Shown: positions 1 through 9,287 of the stretch, in pieces
How positions within the stretch are numbered: the stretch's first letter is position 1
Layout: each line of letters begins with the position of its first letter
NCBI GenBank assembly: GCA_963666205.1
Contig: OY762654.1
Span: forward strand, 1,120,001-1,184,000
Direction: 5' to 3'
DNA: 64,000 nucleotides
From: Synergistales bacterium
GTDB taxonomy: Bacteria; Synergistota; Synergistia; Synergistales; JAFGMB01
Notes under the pieces: generated by a model
Told to the model about the DNA's origin: nothing
The model's database searches: none
The model's input: only the letters and a program-made list of their open reading frames with translations
Made by a program: the position numbers and the translations under genes

Positions 1-102
1 CCATGACCATCGCCATGCTCCTACTCAATACCCTCGAGGCTTTTAAAAAATAGATCCATATATACTTTTTCATTTCTACCATGTTTCATATTCAGGGACT
101 AA

Positions 103-138
103 AATAACAAGGGACCGGAAAACCGGTCCCTTGTTATT
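103..138. terminator. Intrinsic terminator-like hairpin after the APC operon
   Basis: Perfect 16-bp inverted repeat aataacaagggaccgg-aaaa-ccggtcccttgttatt just past the stop at 148. Confidence 0.8.
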
Positions 139-147
139 ACTATAAGA

Positions 148-411
148 TCAGGACTTCCTGGTGATACTTTTATAAACCTCTACCACGGAAAGAAACCATA
201 CGGCCATCCCTCCCGAGATCCTTCCCACAAAGGATATGTCAGGGGATGAATAGTGGAAGGTCAGATAACCGAAGATGATCATCCAGAACAGCATCACCAG
301 TCCCCTCATGGGCCTCCCGATAAACACGTATCCTGATCCTGGAATGAATATGGTTGAGAGAAGGGGAAGGAATCTCAGGTATCTTCCCTTTTCCGTATTG
401 CCGTCTTTCAT
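148..411 (-). CDS. Small membrane protein, hypothetical
   Basis: 87 aa, several hydrophobic segments, IPGSGY motif, 8 bp after the permease stop. Confidence 0.7.
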   Translation of the reverse strand: MKDGNTEKGRYLRFLPLLSTIFIPGSGYVFIGRPMRGLVMLFWMIIFGYLTFHYSSPDISFVGRISGGMAVWFLSVVEVYKSITRKS

Positions 412-419
412 GGTTCTCT

Positions 420-1790
420 CTAGTATCCCTTCGGTCTTGGCCAGCTCTCTACCCCGGCACTTAGCAGCTTCTCCGTGTCAACTTTCCTGTAGCGGTGAAG
501 GACAAACCAGAGGGAGGCTATTAGATAGAAACAGAATCCGGATATCATGTTAACCCAGTAGCCGAAATACATGCCCACCAGCGTTGCCAGGGTCAGTATT
601 ATCAGTACCACTGCAGGAAGGGGATGCCAGGGGGCAATATATCCACGATCAATGCTGCCCAGAGGATACATCCTGCGGAATTTGAACATCATATACGCGC
701 TCAATGCATAGACCAGAAGTGCTGAAAGTATGGAGAAGGTTATAACCTGGTCAAGGAGTCCCGTGAAACCGAAGGCGATGGCTATGGGAAGCAGGAATAT
801 TATCGCCCGGTAGGGTGTATTGTACCTGGGATGGACCGCAGCAAAGGCTTCTGATATGAGGGTGTCCCTGGACATGGCGAACCAGGCTCTGCTTGCATCA
901 GTTATACAACCGTTGGCACTGGCCATGCAGGAGAGAATGGTACCTATGAATAACATGACCACCACAAAGGGCATTCCGGTAGCCCGGGCTGCATCGAAAA
1001 GTGGATATACGGACGAACCGAGCTCTCTGGAGTGAACCAGACCGGAACATACGAACCAGGTAACTGTGGCTCCTATAAGCAGGGTCACCATTCCGGTGAG
1101 GGCTCCTACCGGCAGGGACCTGCTGGTAGATCTGCACTCCTCCGCTGCCAGGGCGGTCCCCTCCACTCCGAGGTAGAACCAGATGCCGAACTGGAAAGCT
1201 CCCACTATGCCTATCCATCCGTAGGGAAGTCCGTTGGTCAGTTCCGGCAGCTTAAGAAGACTTTCTGATGGACTATAGAACTTGGTCGCAAAGAGAAGGA
1301 CGAAGATTGATATGTAGGCTATTGCTGTTATAACAAAGTTAAAGGTGAGAGTGGCATAAACTCCCCGGTAATTCAGGTAGGTCAGTCCTACCAGGGTAAG
1401 TATTATGTAGGGCAGGCTATGGATGTGAGGACTCAGCGTCTTCAGTATCTCCCCAACCACCAGGGCATCCGCTGCTTCCAGCATGACATATTCAAAAACA
1501 AGCATGAGACCTACGTTGAAAGCTGCAAGGGGGCCAAGGAGATACTTGGCCATGGTGTACTGTCCTCCTGCTTCAGGCATGACAGAACCTATTTCTGTAT
1601 TTATCATAACCAGGGATACATAGAGAAGACCCATGATCCAGCAGGCGATTATGGCTCCTATGGACCCTCCCTTGGCTATTGTGAAATTCCACCCCATGAA
1701 CTCTCCCACGAGCACTATTCCCACTCCAAGAGCCCAGATATGCATGGGCCCCAGGACCTTGGAGAGTCTTTCCATCTTTTCTCCGCTCAT
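420..1790 (-). CDS. APC family amino acid/amine permease
   Basis: 456 aa polytopic membrane protein; MPEAGGQY, GVEGTALAAEE and HPRYNTPYRA motifs typical of APC permeases. Confidence 0.9.
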   Translation of the reverse strand: MSGEKMERLSKVLGPMHIWALGVGIVLVGEFMGWNFTIAKGGSIGAIIACWIMGLLYVSLVMINTEIGSVMPEAGGQYTMAKYLLGPLAAFNVGLMLVFEYVMLEAADALVVGEILKTLSPHIHSLPYIILTLVGLTYLNYRGVYATLTFNFVITAIAYISIFVLLFATKFYSPSESLLKLPELTNGLPYGWIGIVGAFQFGIWFYLGVEGTALAAEECRSTSRSLPVGALTGMVTLLIGATVTWFVCSGLVHSRELGSSVYPLFDAARATGMPFVVVMLFIGTILSCMASANGCITDASRAWFAMSRDTLISEAFAAVHPRYNTPYRAIIFLLPIAIAFGFTGLLDQVITFSILSALLVYALSAYMMFKFRRMYPLGSIDRGYIAPWHPLPAVVLIILTLATLVGMYFGYWVNMISGFCFYLIASLWFVLHRYRKVDTEKLLSAGVESWPRPKGY

Positions 1791-1978
1791 CTCAATTCAC
1801 CGGACCCTTCTGTTTTTCCGCTGGTTGCTGAATTTTTCATTCCGGAAGGGTTCTGGCTATTCCCTGCCCTGTTTATCTTTCTTTCTTTTTCTACAATGAA
1901 AAAATCCCTGAACATTACTGCCAGCATTAATATGGAAAGTCCCCAGGCAACGAGGTTCATCATCTTCCAGAAATTCAT
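1787..1978 (-). CDS. Small single-TM protein
   Basis: 63 aa; ATGA overlaps with both neighbours indicate translational coupling. Confidence 0.65.
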   Translation of the reverse strand: MNFWKMMNLVAWGLSILMLAVMFRDFFIVEKERKINRAGNSQNPSGMKNSATSGKTEGSGELR

Positions 1979-2307
1979 CCTTCATTCCTCCCCGCCCGCT
2001 TCTCCACAACTCTTTCCAAGTCTCTCTTTTCTTTCCTGTCATAGTGTGCAGCATAAAAACTCTTAAGCTCTCCCTCGGAATGGTGGATTATGTAGACCAG
2101 GTATATGACGAGAAAGGAGGCTGTGAATGAGAAACTGGCCATGTTGAAGGTGTAGGTAAGACCTCCACCGCTTCCCGACCCTACTATAACCTTCCCTCTC
2201 ATGAGCATGGTGGTGAGAAGGGTCACGAAACAGAGGACCATTACGAAGAGAATGTCAAAGGCCTCGACAAGGAATGTCCGGACCTTTCCTTTATTATCTG
2301 AAGACAT
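1975..2307 (-). CDS. Small two-TM membrane protein, hypothetical
   Basis: 110 aa, GGAGG RBS, two hydrophobic helices joined by a Gly-rich loop. Confidence 0.75.
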   Translation of the reverse strand: MSSDNKGKVRTFLVEAFDILFVMVLCFVTLLTTMLMRGKVIVGSGSGGGLTYTFNMASFSFTASFLVIYLVYIIHHSEGELKSFYAAHYDRKEKRDLERVVEKRAGRNEG

Positions 2308-2310
2308 TAT

Positions 2311-2661
2311 CTATGCCTCCCCTTCCAGAAGAACTTCTGTTTTACCAGGGTCGGCTACAGTTTCTTCTGCTATTCCCATTCCTTTCAGAAGGAGAAGGTT
2401 ATCAACATCCTCTCCATAGAGGACCCTTCTTTTCTGTTTGAGGTGAACCAGAACAGCCACAAGCGATGCGGTACAGAATATTCCCACCGTGAGAGCCGAT
2501 GCCATGGCTATGGTCCTGACCATGCTTCCATCCAGGAGGTTAACCACCTGGGAGAGAACCAGGGCCAGTATGGCCCACATTAAGAGTATGAATCCGGTTA
2601 TCACCATGGTGTCACAGACATAGAGTCGCTTCATCATGGCTTCCCTGCTGATGGATGACAA
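2311..2661 (-). CDS. Small two-TM membrane protein, hypothetical
   Basis: 116 aa, two hydrophobic helices, first gene of a tightly packed operon; exact start uncertain. Confidence 0.75.
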   Translation of the reverse strand: MSSISREAMMKRLYVCDTMVITGFILLMWAILALVLSQVVNLLDGSMVRTIAMASALTVGIFCTASLVAVLVHLKQKRRVLYGEDVDNLLLLKGMGIAEETVADPGKTEVLLEGEA

Positions 2662-3030
2662 TTACAACACTACCTTTCTGAAATTAGATGAGTCTGAAAA
2701 CCACATTAATATCTCCCGAAGCAATTGTTTCCCCTATCTGCTCCAGATTCCGCCCATGACCAATTTATGGAATTGGTAAATTTTTGAATCTGATCATCAA
2801 TATCAGTCCCCCCAGAAACCTGTTTCTGCCGAAGAGGAACTCTGACTTACTTTATTCGTTATTTGGAAAGAGCCTTCAAAGGGAAACAATCCTGAAGGAA
2901 TTCACCCTCCAGAGAAAGGGAGGATTTTTCATTACAGGGTACAATATACCACATTGAAAATGATGTTACCCCTTTCATTTCTTATGTGAGCAGTAATTAT
3001 TACAGAAACCTTAATCTTTATTCATAACCA

Positions 3031-3069
3031 TATAGCAAGCGGGCGACTGAAAGCCGCCCGCTTGCTATA
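3031..3069. terminator. Intrinsic terminator-like hairpin after USP/TRAP operon
   Basis: tatagcaagcgggcg ... cgcccgcttgctata inverted repeat. Confidence 0.8.
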
Positions 3070-3085
3070 AACAATATATTATCCG

Positions 3086-3535
3086 TCAGTCTTTTGGTCT
3101 GTAAACATGGACTGAGCAGGGAGCATGGCGCACAACTTTTGCAGCCACACTTCCGATAAAGAATCTCTCAATATCACTCAAACCCTTATGACCTATCATT
3201 ATAAGATCATAATTGCCTGCCTCACTTGTCTCTATTATGGTCGAGGAGGGTTCTCCGATCCTGAGGATCAATTCACAGGCAAGTTTATCCAGTGCAAATT
3301 TTTTTCTCCAGGTTTCTATCATGACATGGAACTTCTCCCTGAGCTCATCCTCTTCTGAAGGTTCTATTTCCTTGAAATTTATGTTCCAGCCGGCCCGGGT
3401 AGGGATCCTTCCCTCTACCACATGGATGAAGTCTATCCTTTCCACATCTTCCCGAGAAGCATATGACAGGGCATAAGCTGCAAGATCTTCACTGAAAGGA
3501 CTCTCATCAATTGCCACAAGTATTTTTTCCCCCAT
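3086..3535 (-). CDS. Universal stress protein (UspA family)
   Basis: KILVAIDES N-terminus and DLIMIGHKG...FFIGSVAAKVVRHAPCSV; start moved to ATG 3535 behind a GAAAGGGG RBS. Confidence 0.9.
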   Translation of the reverse strand: MGEKILVAIDESPFSEDLAAYALSYASREDVERIDFIHVVEGRIPTRAGWNINFKEIEPSEEDELREKFHVMIETWRKKFALDKLACELILRIGEPSSTIIETSEAGNYDLIMIGHKGLSDIERFFIGSVAAKVVRHAPCSVHVYRPKD

Positions 3536-3557
3536 CTTTACAAACCCCCTTTCGTAC

Positions 3558-4874
3558 CTAGAACAGAACCCTTCCCAGGAACCAGCTGGGCAATGCAAGT
3601 GATACAGCAGGAACATAAGTGGTTATTATAAGGGTGGGCATCCATGCAAAGATGATCATAAGCATGGTTGGCCTAAGCATTTCCTTTATACTGGCCTTAC
3701 CCAGACGTCCTCCAAGATAAAGAAGGGGTGCCGTCGGGGGCGTAATATTACCCATTCCAAGGTTCACACCGAGAATAGCAGCGAACTGGATTGGGCTTAC
3801 CCCTATCTTGACCATAAGCGGAAGAAGAAGGGGGGTACAGAGAAGGGTCCCGCTGACATCATCCATAAGCATCCCGATCATTACCATGAAGATATTCACC
3901 ATTATAAGGATGATCCTTGGATCTTCAGATACGCTCATGAAAATACCTATTACTTTGTTGGGGAGATTCTCCATAACAAAGAGTCTGCTAAGTATCATTA
4001 CTATAAGGAACATTACCATTAACACACCTGTAGTGGTCCCTGTATCGACAAGGGCTTCCTTGAAAGAAGTGAAGGTAAGACCCTTATATACGAAAAATCC
4101 TACAGGTATGGCATAGAGGACAGATACAGCGGCAGCTTCAGTGGGAGTCATTATTCCAGCGTAAATACCACCAAGAATGATCACCGGCATTAACAGAGCA
4201 GGAATGGCTTTTTTAGTCCTGGTCCAGTTGCTATCAACTATTTCGATCTTCTCTTCCTGCTTCCTTATGTGAGTCTCGTTCATCTCAGGTGATGTCCTGC
4301 ATATGTACCAGTTGACACAACAGAGGAGAAAGGCCAGAAGAAGACCAGGTCCTACTGTCGCAAGGAAACATGTGAGAACGGACTGGTTGGCGCTCCATGC
4401 ATATATGATCTGGATGGAACTTGGCGGAATGAGCAATCCCAGAGGGGATGCATTAACTATGATCGAGGCAGCGTGCCCCTTACTGTAACCGGCCTCTCTC
4501 AGCTTCGGGAACATGATGCTCCCTATACATGAAAGGGTCGCTGCTGCACTGCCCGAGATAGCTCCGAAAAGAGCGGAAGCGATGATGGCAACTGCACCCA
4601 GCCCTCCCCGTATTTTGCCCACAAAAATATTGATAAAGCCGACCAGCGCGTCACCGATGTTACCCCTTTCCATGATCCCTCCAGCAAGTATAAAGAGAGG
4701 AATGGCAAGAAGTACTATGGTGTTGAGCTTACTGTATCCGCTTGAAAGAAGAGCTCCTGACTGATATCCCATGGCCACCACCATGTAGATAAGCGAGGTG
4801 CCGAAAGCAAATACTACGGGTACACCGATAACTATAGTAAAGATCAGCAGAAAGATCGTAATTATCAAGCCCAT
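3558..4874 (-). CDS. dctM: TRAP transporter large permease DctM
   Basis: AIPLFILAG, GAISGS, LIPPS, TPTEAA and ITPP motifs. Confidence 0.95.
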   Translation of the reverse strand: MGLIITIFLLIFTIVIGVPVVFAFGTSLIYMVVAMGYQSGALLSSGYSKLNTIVLLAIPLFILAGGIMERGNIGDALVGFINIFVGKIRGGLGAVAIIASALFGAISGSAAATLSCIGSIMFPKLREAGYSKGHAASIIVNASPLGLLIPPSSIQIIYAWSANQSVLTCFLATVGPGLLLAFLLCCVNWYICRTSPEMNETHIRKQEEKIEIVDSNWTRTKKAIPALLMPVIILGGIYAGIMTPTEAAAVSVLYAIPVGFFVYKGLTFTSFKEALVDTGTTTGVLMVMFLIVMILSRLFVMENLPNKVIGIFMSVSEDPRIILIMVNIFMVMIGMLMDDVSGTLLCTPLLLPLMVKIGVSPIQFAAILGVNLGMGNITPPTAPLLYLGGRLGKASIKEMLRPTMLMIIFAWMPTLIITTYVPAVSLALPSWFLGRVLF

Positions 4875-5444
4875 TTAAGATACCTCCCCCTGTCGGGATG
4901 GCTTCAGGCCATCTCCGTCTTTGCCAGCCTGACTCTTTCCGGGAAAGGCCTCTCGAAATACCTGGTAAAACCTGACCAGGGAATAGATGCTCATTATGGA
5001 AAAACCAAGGAGTATTGAACTCTGGGGGATAACCATGGGGATCCTCCAGGCTATGGATCTGGCATGTTTAACGATACCCCATACAAAATAGTTATAAGCC
5101 CAGTAGTTTATTACAAGGCATACAGTTGTGGAAATGAAGGAAACCAGAAGTTTCATCCTGAGCTTAATCTTTTCGTTCTTTACATATTCGTTCACTATAT
5201 CTGCCTGAATATGGCTGTCTTCGAAGGAACCATAGGCTGCTCCCATCATATAGAGCCAGAATGCGAAGATGAGTATGAATTCCTCAGCTCCGTAAAGGTC
5301 CTTGTGAAGGATGTATCTGAAAAAGACCTGGGCTCCTATTCCAAGGGTGAGCAGAGTCTGGGCCAGTATAACCATGAATGACAGAAATTTCGGAATTATA
5401 ACTTTCAGAAAGAGTTCACCTGAATTACGTTGCTGTTGCGGCAT
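4875..5444 (-). CDS. dctQ: TRAP transporter small permease DctQ
   Basis: QVFFRY...EE and SHIQAD motifs, four TM segments; ATG 5444 with GGAGG RBS. Confidence 0.9.
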   Translation of the reverse strand: MPQQQRNSGELFLKVIIPKFLSFMVILAQTLLTLGIGAQVFFRYILHKDLYGAEEFILIFAFWLYMMGAAYGSFEDSHIQADIVNEYVKNEKIKLRMKLLVSFISTTVCLVINYWAYNYFVWGIVKHARSIAWRIPMVIPQSSILLGFSIMSIYSLVRFYQVFREAFPGKSQAGKDGDGLKPSRQGEVS

Positions 5445-5510
5445 TTTCTTTAGCCTCCATCTCTTTGGAAGTCCTTTTACCTGTTTGTTCGAAAGATGGA
5501 AAAGGAAAGA

Positions 5511-5545
5511 GGAGAGGGTCATCCCCTACTGGGAGGACCCTCTCC
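5511..5545. other. Intra-operon hairpin between dctP and dctQ
   Basis: ggagagggtc ... gaccctctcc inverted repeat. Confidence 0.65.
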
Positions 5546-5562
5546 ATTATCGTGGCAGATAT

Positions 5563-6576
5563 TTACTCGAAATCGGCCATAAGCCCCTTGATCACATCTT
5601 CACCGAACATCTTGGAGAACTTGGGCCAGGAAACCTTTCTCACCTGGGCAGCAAGAGCTTCTATGTCTTCCTGTGAAATATCGTGGATCCTGACACCGTT
5701 TTCTTCAGCAAGTTTTTTCTGATAGTCAGCTTCGGTCTTCTGGGCATTCTCAACGCTCAATTTAGCCTGTTTCTGACAAGCATCAAAAATAACCTTTCTG
5801 TACTCTTCCGGAAGTCTTTCAAAAGCATCAACGTTCATTATGTAGGATACATTTTCAACAAACATCCGAACCGGGTAGAAATCCTTGATCAGATCTCTGA
5901 ACTGGAAGTAGTTCAGAGTAGCAGTTCCGCCTATCCATCCATCACAGACACCAGTCTGCATTGAGGTATAAAGGTCTGACCAGTTTATGGTTACGGTATC
6001 GTAATTGAGGTCCTTCATGGTAACCTTGTAAAGTTCTGCCGGTGGGATCCTGATAAGGATATTATGGTTGGCTTCAACATTGAAGGGCTCTGTGGGTTCT
6101 TTCATTGTGGCAAGAGAAATAAAGCTGTCCACATAGACACCAAGAAGTTTCACATTGACCTCGGCATGAGCTGCCTCATAGGTCTTGTACCAGAAGGAAG
6201 ATGGGGAGAACACCTTGGCGAGGCCTTCCCATGTCGTTGCCAGATAAGGCATGGAAGAGATCTCGAGCATGGGGTTGTACTGACCTGTGATGTAAAAGAA
6301 TCCCATGTCCACATTGCCGCGCATTATATCCTCGTAAACCTGGCTGTAATCCCCCAGCTGTCCTCCGGGATAAACCATGATCTCGACTTCTCCGTTTGTC
6401 GCCTGTTTTACTTCCTCTGCAATATCATACTGGGATTTTGTTCCGGGATGATCCGGAGCATAGTTACCGGCAAAACGGAGCTTATACTTCACCTTTGCAT
6501 CTGCAGCAAGAGCAAAAACCGTTACCATCATTGCCACCAGAAGGAACAACACCATGAATCTTGAATACTTTTTCAT
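5563..6576 (-). CDS. dctP: TRAP transporter substrate-binding protein DctP
   Basis: Signal peptide, YPGGQLG, LIRIP and SDLYTSMQTGVCDG motifs. Confidence 0.95.
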   Translation of the reverse strand: MKKYSRFMVLFLLVAMMVTVFALAADAKVKYKLRFAGNYAPDHPGTKSQYDIAEEVKQATNGEVEIMVYPGGQLGDYSQVYEDIMRGNVDMGFFYITGQYNPMLEISSMPYLATTWEGLAKVFSPSSFWYKTYEAAHAEVNVKLLGVYVDSFISLATMKEPTEPFNVEANHNILIRIPPAELYKVTMKDLNYDTVTINWSDLYTSMQTGVCDGWIGGTATLNYFQFRDLIKDFYPVRMFVENVSYIMNVDAFERLPEEYRKVIFDACQKQAKLSVENAQKTEADYQKKLAEENGVRIHDISQEDIEALAAQVRKVSWPKFSKMFGEDVIKGLMADFE

Positions 6577-6642
6577 TTTGATTTCTCCTCCTCTTATTGA
6601 TCTTCTTATCTTTTTGTTTCTTTTAAAACACTAACACCATCG

Positions 6643-7443
6643 TTAAACAAAACCGTAATAGGGTTTCTGAGCTACTACACTGTGAGCGTATCTGATAAGT
6701 GTAATGAAATCGAATACAGGAAGATCGGTCGCTCTCTGCACATCAGCTGCATATGGAGGCATATCACTGCATTCAAGGAGAATAGCACCTACCTCCGGAT
6801 GGGTTTCCTTTATCCTTAATGCTGTTGAAACCACCTCATCCCGGACCTTCCTGTTGTCGAAGTACCCCCTGTCACTGTGAAGGATGGATTCAAACTCTCC
6901 TCCCCTCGGGATCTCCTCGCAGACACATACATCGGGATCAGCTCCACAGCTTTCCCAGATATCCGGGGTCAGAGAAGGCTTGTCAGCGCAGATAAGGCCT
7001 ACCTTCTGATCTGACCTTATCACTGATTTTATCCAGGGTATCTGGACGAGACTTGAAAGAAAGGTGGGAACATTCAGGGCATCCCTTACCTGGCTCTGAA
7101 AATGCCCGAAGTAACCGCAGGCACCGCATATGGCCCTGCATCCTTCCATTTCCAGCTCTCTAGCTGTAGCGATCAGATCATCAAGGAGTGATGGATCTCC
7201 CCCGTGCATCCTCTCCTGGTTGGAACCAGGCACTACACGATGTCTGACAGGGAAATCATAGGTATATGCATTGACTACATTTCCCGGAATAAGGGGATAC
7301 CATACATTCAGGAGCATGATCCCGACGGGATAACCAGAAATGACCTGGCCCTTTTTGATATAAAAGGTCCGATCCTTATCCTCTTCTCTTCCGATAAAAC
7401 CATAATCTCTGTGATCCCTGAACTCTTCTGTCACTTGCTTCAC
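6643..7443 (-). CDS. Asp/Glu/hydantoin racemase superfamily protein
   Basis: Two-Cys motifs ICGACGYF and LLECSDMPPY; C-terminal LPVFD. Confidence 0.85.
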   Translation of the reverse strand: MKQVTEEFRDHRDYGFIGREEDKDRTFYIKKGQVISGYPVGIMLLNVWYPLIPGNVVNAYTYDFPVRHRVVPGSNQERMHGGDPSLLDDLIATARELEMEGCRAICGACGYFGHFQSQVRDALNVPTFLSSLVQIPWIKSVIRSDQKVGLICADKPSLTPDIWESCGADPDVCVCEEIPRGGEFESILHSDRGYFDNRKVRDEVVSTALRIKETHPEVGAILLECSDMPPYAADVQRATDLPVFDFITLIRYAHSVVAQKPYYGFV

Positions 7444-7537
7444 CTCTCATTCCTGCATGCAGATACTTCTGCAAGTTTATGAAAAAATCCAGCTTCAAGG
7501 GTTGGGGACCGGTGATATCGCGCCAGTCCCCCGATAC

Positions 7538-8761
7538 CTACTTTTTCTCTGTATATACTCCGTTGTGAAGATAATCCAGCATTTCTTCCTTCGTCATATG
7601 GCCTATCCCGATATAATCGAGAGTATAGCCCTTTTCCCAGAAATTCTTCCCTGTCATGGCACATGCAAGATGGATCATGGATTCCACTATGGGGATATCT
7701 ACTCCAAACTTTTTTGCCAATTCATGGTATACATGGCAGCCTACGGGGATATCTTCTGTTATATACCTGTTATTGAGGTCAAAGGGACCTGTACCGTACT
7801 GGATATAATCCTGCTCTTCAAAGGGTATTACATAATCCAGGCCCATATATTCCTGTCCCAGGACATTTTCCCTTGAAAAGAAATGTTCCTTTTCATAGGG
7901 CTGAATACCTACACCCATAGCCTCAGCCAGGGCACATTCCTCTTTATAGAAAGAATACTGAACTTCTGAGACAGCCGGGCAGTATGCATGGGAATAGATG
8001 GAGTAGTCATACTTGTTCTCGCCGTAGATAACTCCCCAGTTCTGCATGACTGCTGCGCCAAGAAGAGTACCCGGGCAATGAAGTACGGGGTTGACGTTAC
8101 TGAAACCAGTATCCATTACAGTGTTGCCGCCAACTGCCCCATCGCCATTGGTAACAGCATCCATGGAGCCCATATATTTTGAGCTCTCAAGAAAAGCTTC
8201 CTGATCGACTGAGGGAAGTGCTGCACCCCTGAGGGTAATAGCCCTGTAATAGACACGGATCTGGGGAAGAATAACTCCGCCCTTGTTCTCCACCCGGCAT
8301 CCGTAAGGTGCACTTGACCAGCCTCCAATGATAACTTTCTTGGTACATCCGGCTTCACGCATCATCTTTCTCAGAAGAAGGGTCCCGTAGTTGTCCGGGA
8401 AAATATGAATTACCATCCCATCCTCAAGAGCAGGGATAAGTTTTTCAAAGAAAGGTCTGTGACCAACGGACGGGGTGGCTACAATAACAATACCTGCACC
8501 TTTAACGGCTTCAGCTATATCAGTAGTCACCATATCCATTTTTGCTAGTCCTTCACGTTCAAAACCGTAAAGGTTAAGCTGCTGGCCAAAGAATTTAATA
8601 CCTTTATCCACGCCGAAAAGGGTCTTTGTGGCAAAAGGTTCAATGTCACATATCCTTACCTTTGCACCTGCCAGAGCACAGTCCGCTGCCTGAGCTTTGG
8701 CAACAGCACCTGCTCCAAGTACTGCTATTGGTTTGTCCTTAAGATATTCCATATTACTCAT
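7538..8761 (-). CDS. NAD/NADP octopine/nopaline (opine) dehydrogenase family protein
   Basis: GAGAVA Rossmann motif, NVNPVLH and RYITEDIPVG. Confidence 0.9.
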   Translation of the reverse strand: MSNMEYLKDKPIAVLGAGAVAKAQAADCALAGAKVRICDIEPFATKTLFGVDKGIKFFGQQLNLYGFEREGLAKMDMVTTDIAEAVKGAGIVIVATPSVGHRPFFEKLIPALEDGMVIHIFPDNYGTLLLRKMMREAGCTKKVIIGGWSSAPYGCRVENKGGVILPQIRVYYRAITLRGAALPSVDQEAFLESSKYMGSMDAVTNGDGAVGGNTVMDTGFSNVNPVLHCPGTLLGAAVMQNWGVIYGENKYDYSIYSHAYCPAVSEVQYSFYKEECALAEAMGVGIQPYEKEHFFSRENVLGQEYMGLDYVIPFEEQDYIQYGTGPFDLNNRYITEDIPVGCHVYHELAKKFGVDIPIVESMIHLACAMTGKNFWEKGYTLDYIGIGHMTKEEMLDYLHNGVYTEKK

Positions 8762-8859
8762 ACCTGATACTGCCTCCTTGTTTGTTCTGTAATAATGCCT
8801 ATATGATCAATATTGACTCCATTGCCGGCTTTCTGAAGTCAACATATTACATCCGTAAT

Positions 8860-9285
8860 CTAGTGGTCCTTTTTTCGGGACAGTATTTCTATGATCCCTC
8901 TATCCCCATCGACCCTGACCAGATCTCCTGTTCTTATAATCTCAAAGGGGTCTTCTTCAAGGTCCGTCACTGCAGGAACTCCTGTAACCACTGCTGCCAC
9001 TCCGGTGCGGGAATCCATCCTGGGAAATATCAGGGCCGCAGGGCCTATGCCCCCTACCCGGGCTGCATGGAAATGACAGGACCATCCGTTGGATCCCTTG
9101 CCTCCCGAGAGGACAAGGACCCCTCCCTTTATGCTCATTCCTTCAAAGGGATGCCCCTTCTCTATGACGATGCCTGTTCTGTCGTCCACTCCGCTCCAGC
9201 CCTGGATGGTCTCCCTGCTCACCATGGCTATGCCCTCCGCTACTCCTCCTATGGCTCCTCTACCGTGAAGTACTATCCTTTCCAT
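8860..9285 (-). CDS. Aconitase X small (swivel) subunit, DUF126
   Basis: GVDDRTGIVIEKGHP, GGKGSNGWS, C-terminal TGDLVRVDG. Confidence 0.9.
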   Translation of the reverse strand: MERIVLHGRGAIGGVAEGIAMVSRETIQGWSGVDDRTGIVIEKGHPFEGMSIKGGVLVLSGGKGSNGWSCHFHAARVGGIGPAALIFPRMDSRTGVAAVVTGVPAVTDLEEDPFEIIRTGDLVRVDGDRGIIEILSRKKDH

Positions 9286-9287
9286 AT

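Noticed and set aside
1-25. Start of a minus-strand gene (AGGAG then ATG at 10 or 16)
   Set aside because: Too little sequence in the window to call
2820-2925. Glycine riboswitch-like fragments (gccgaag, ggaaagag)
   Set aside because: On the wrong strand for the downstream operon, and the core CTCTCAGG motif is missing
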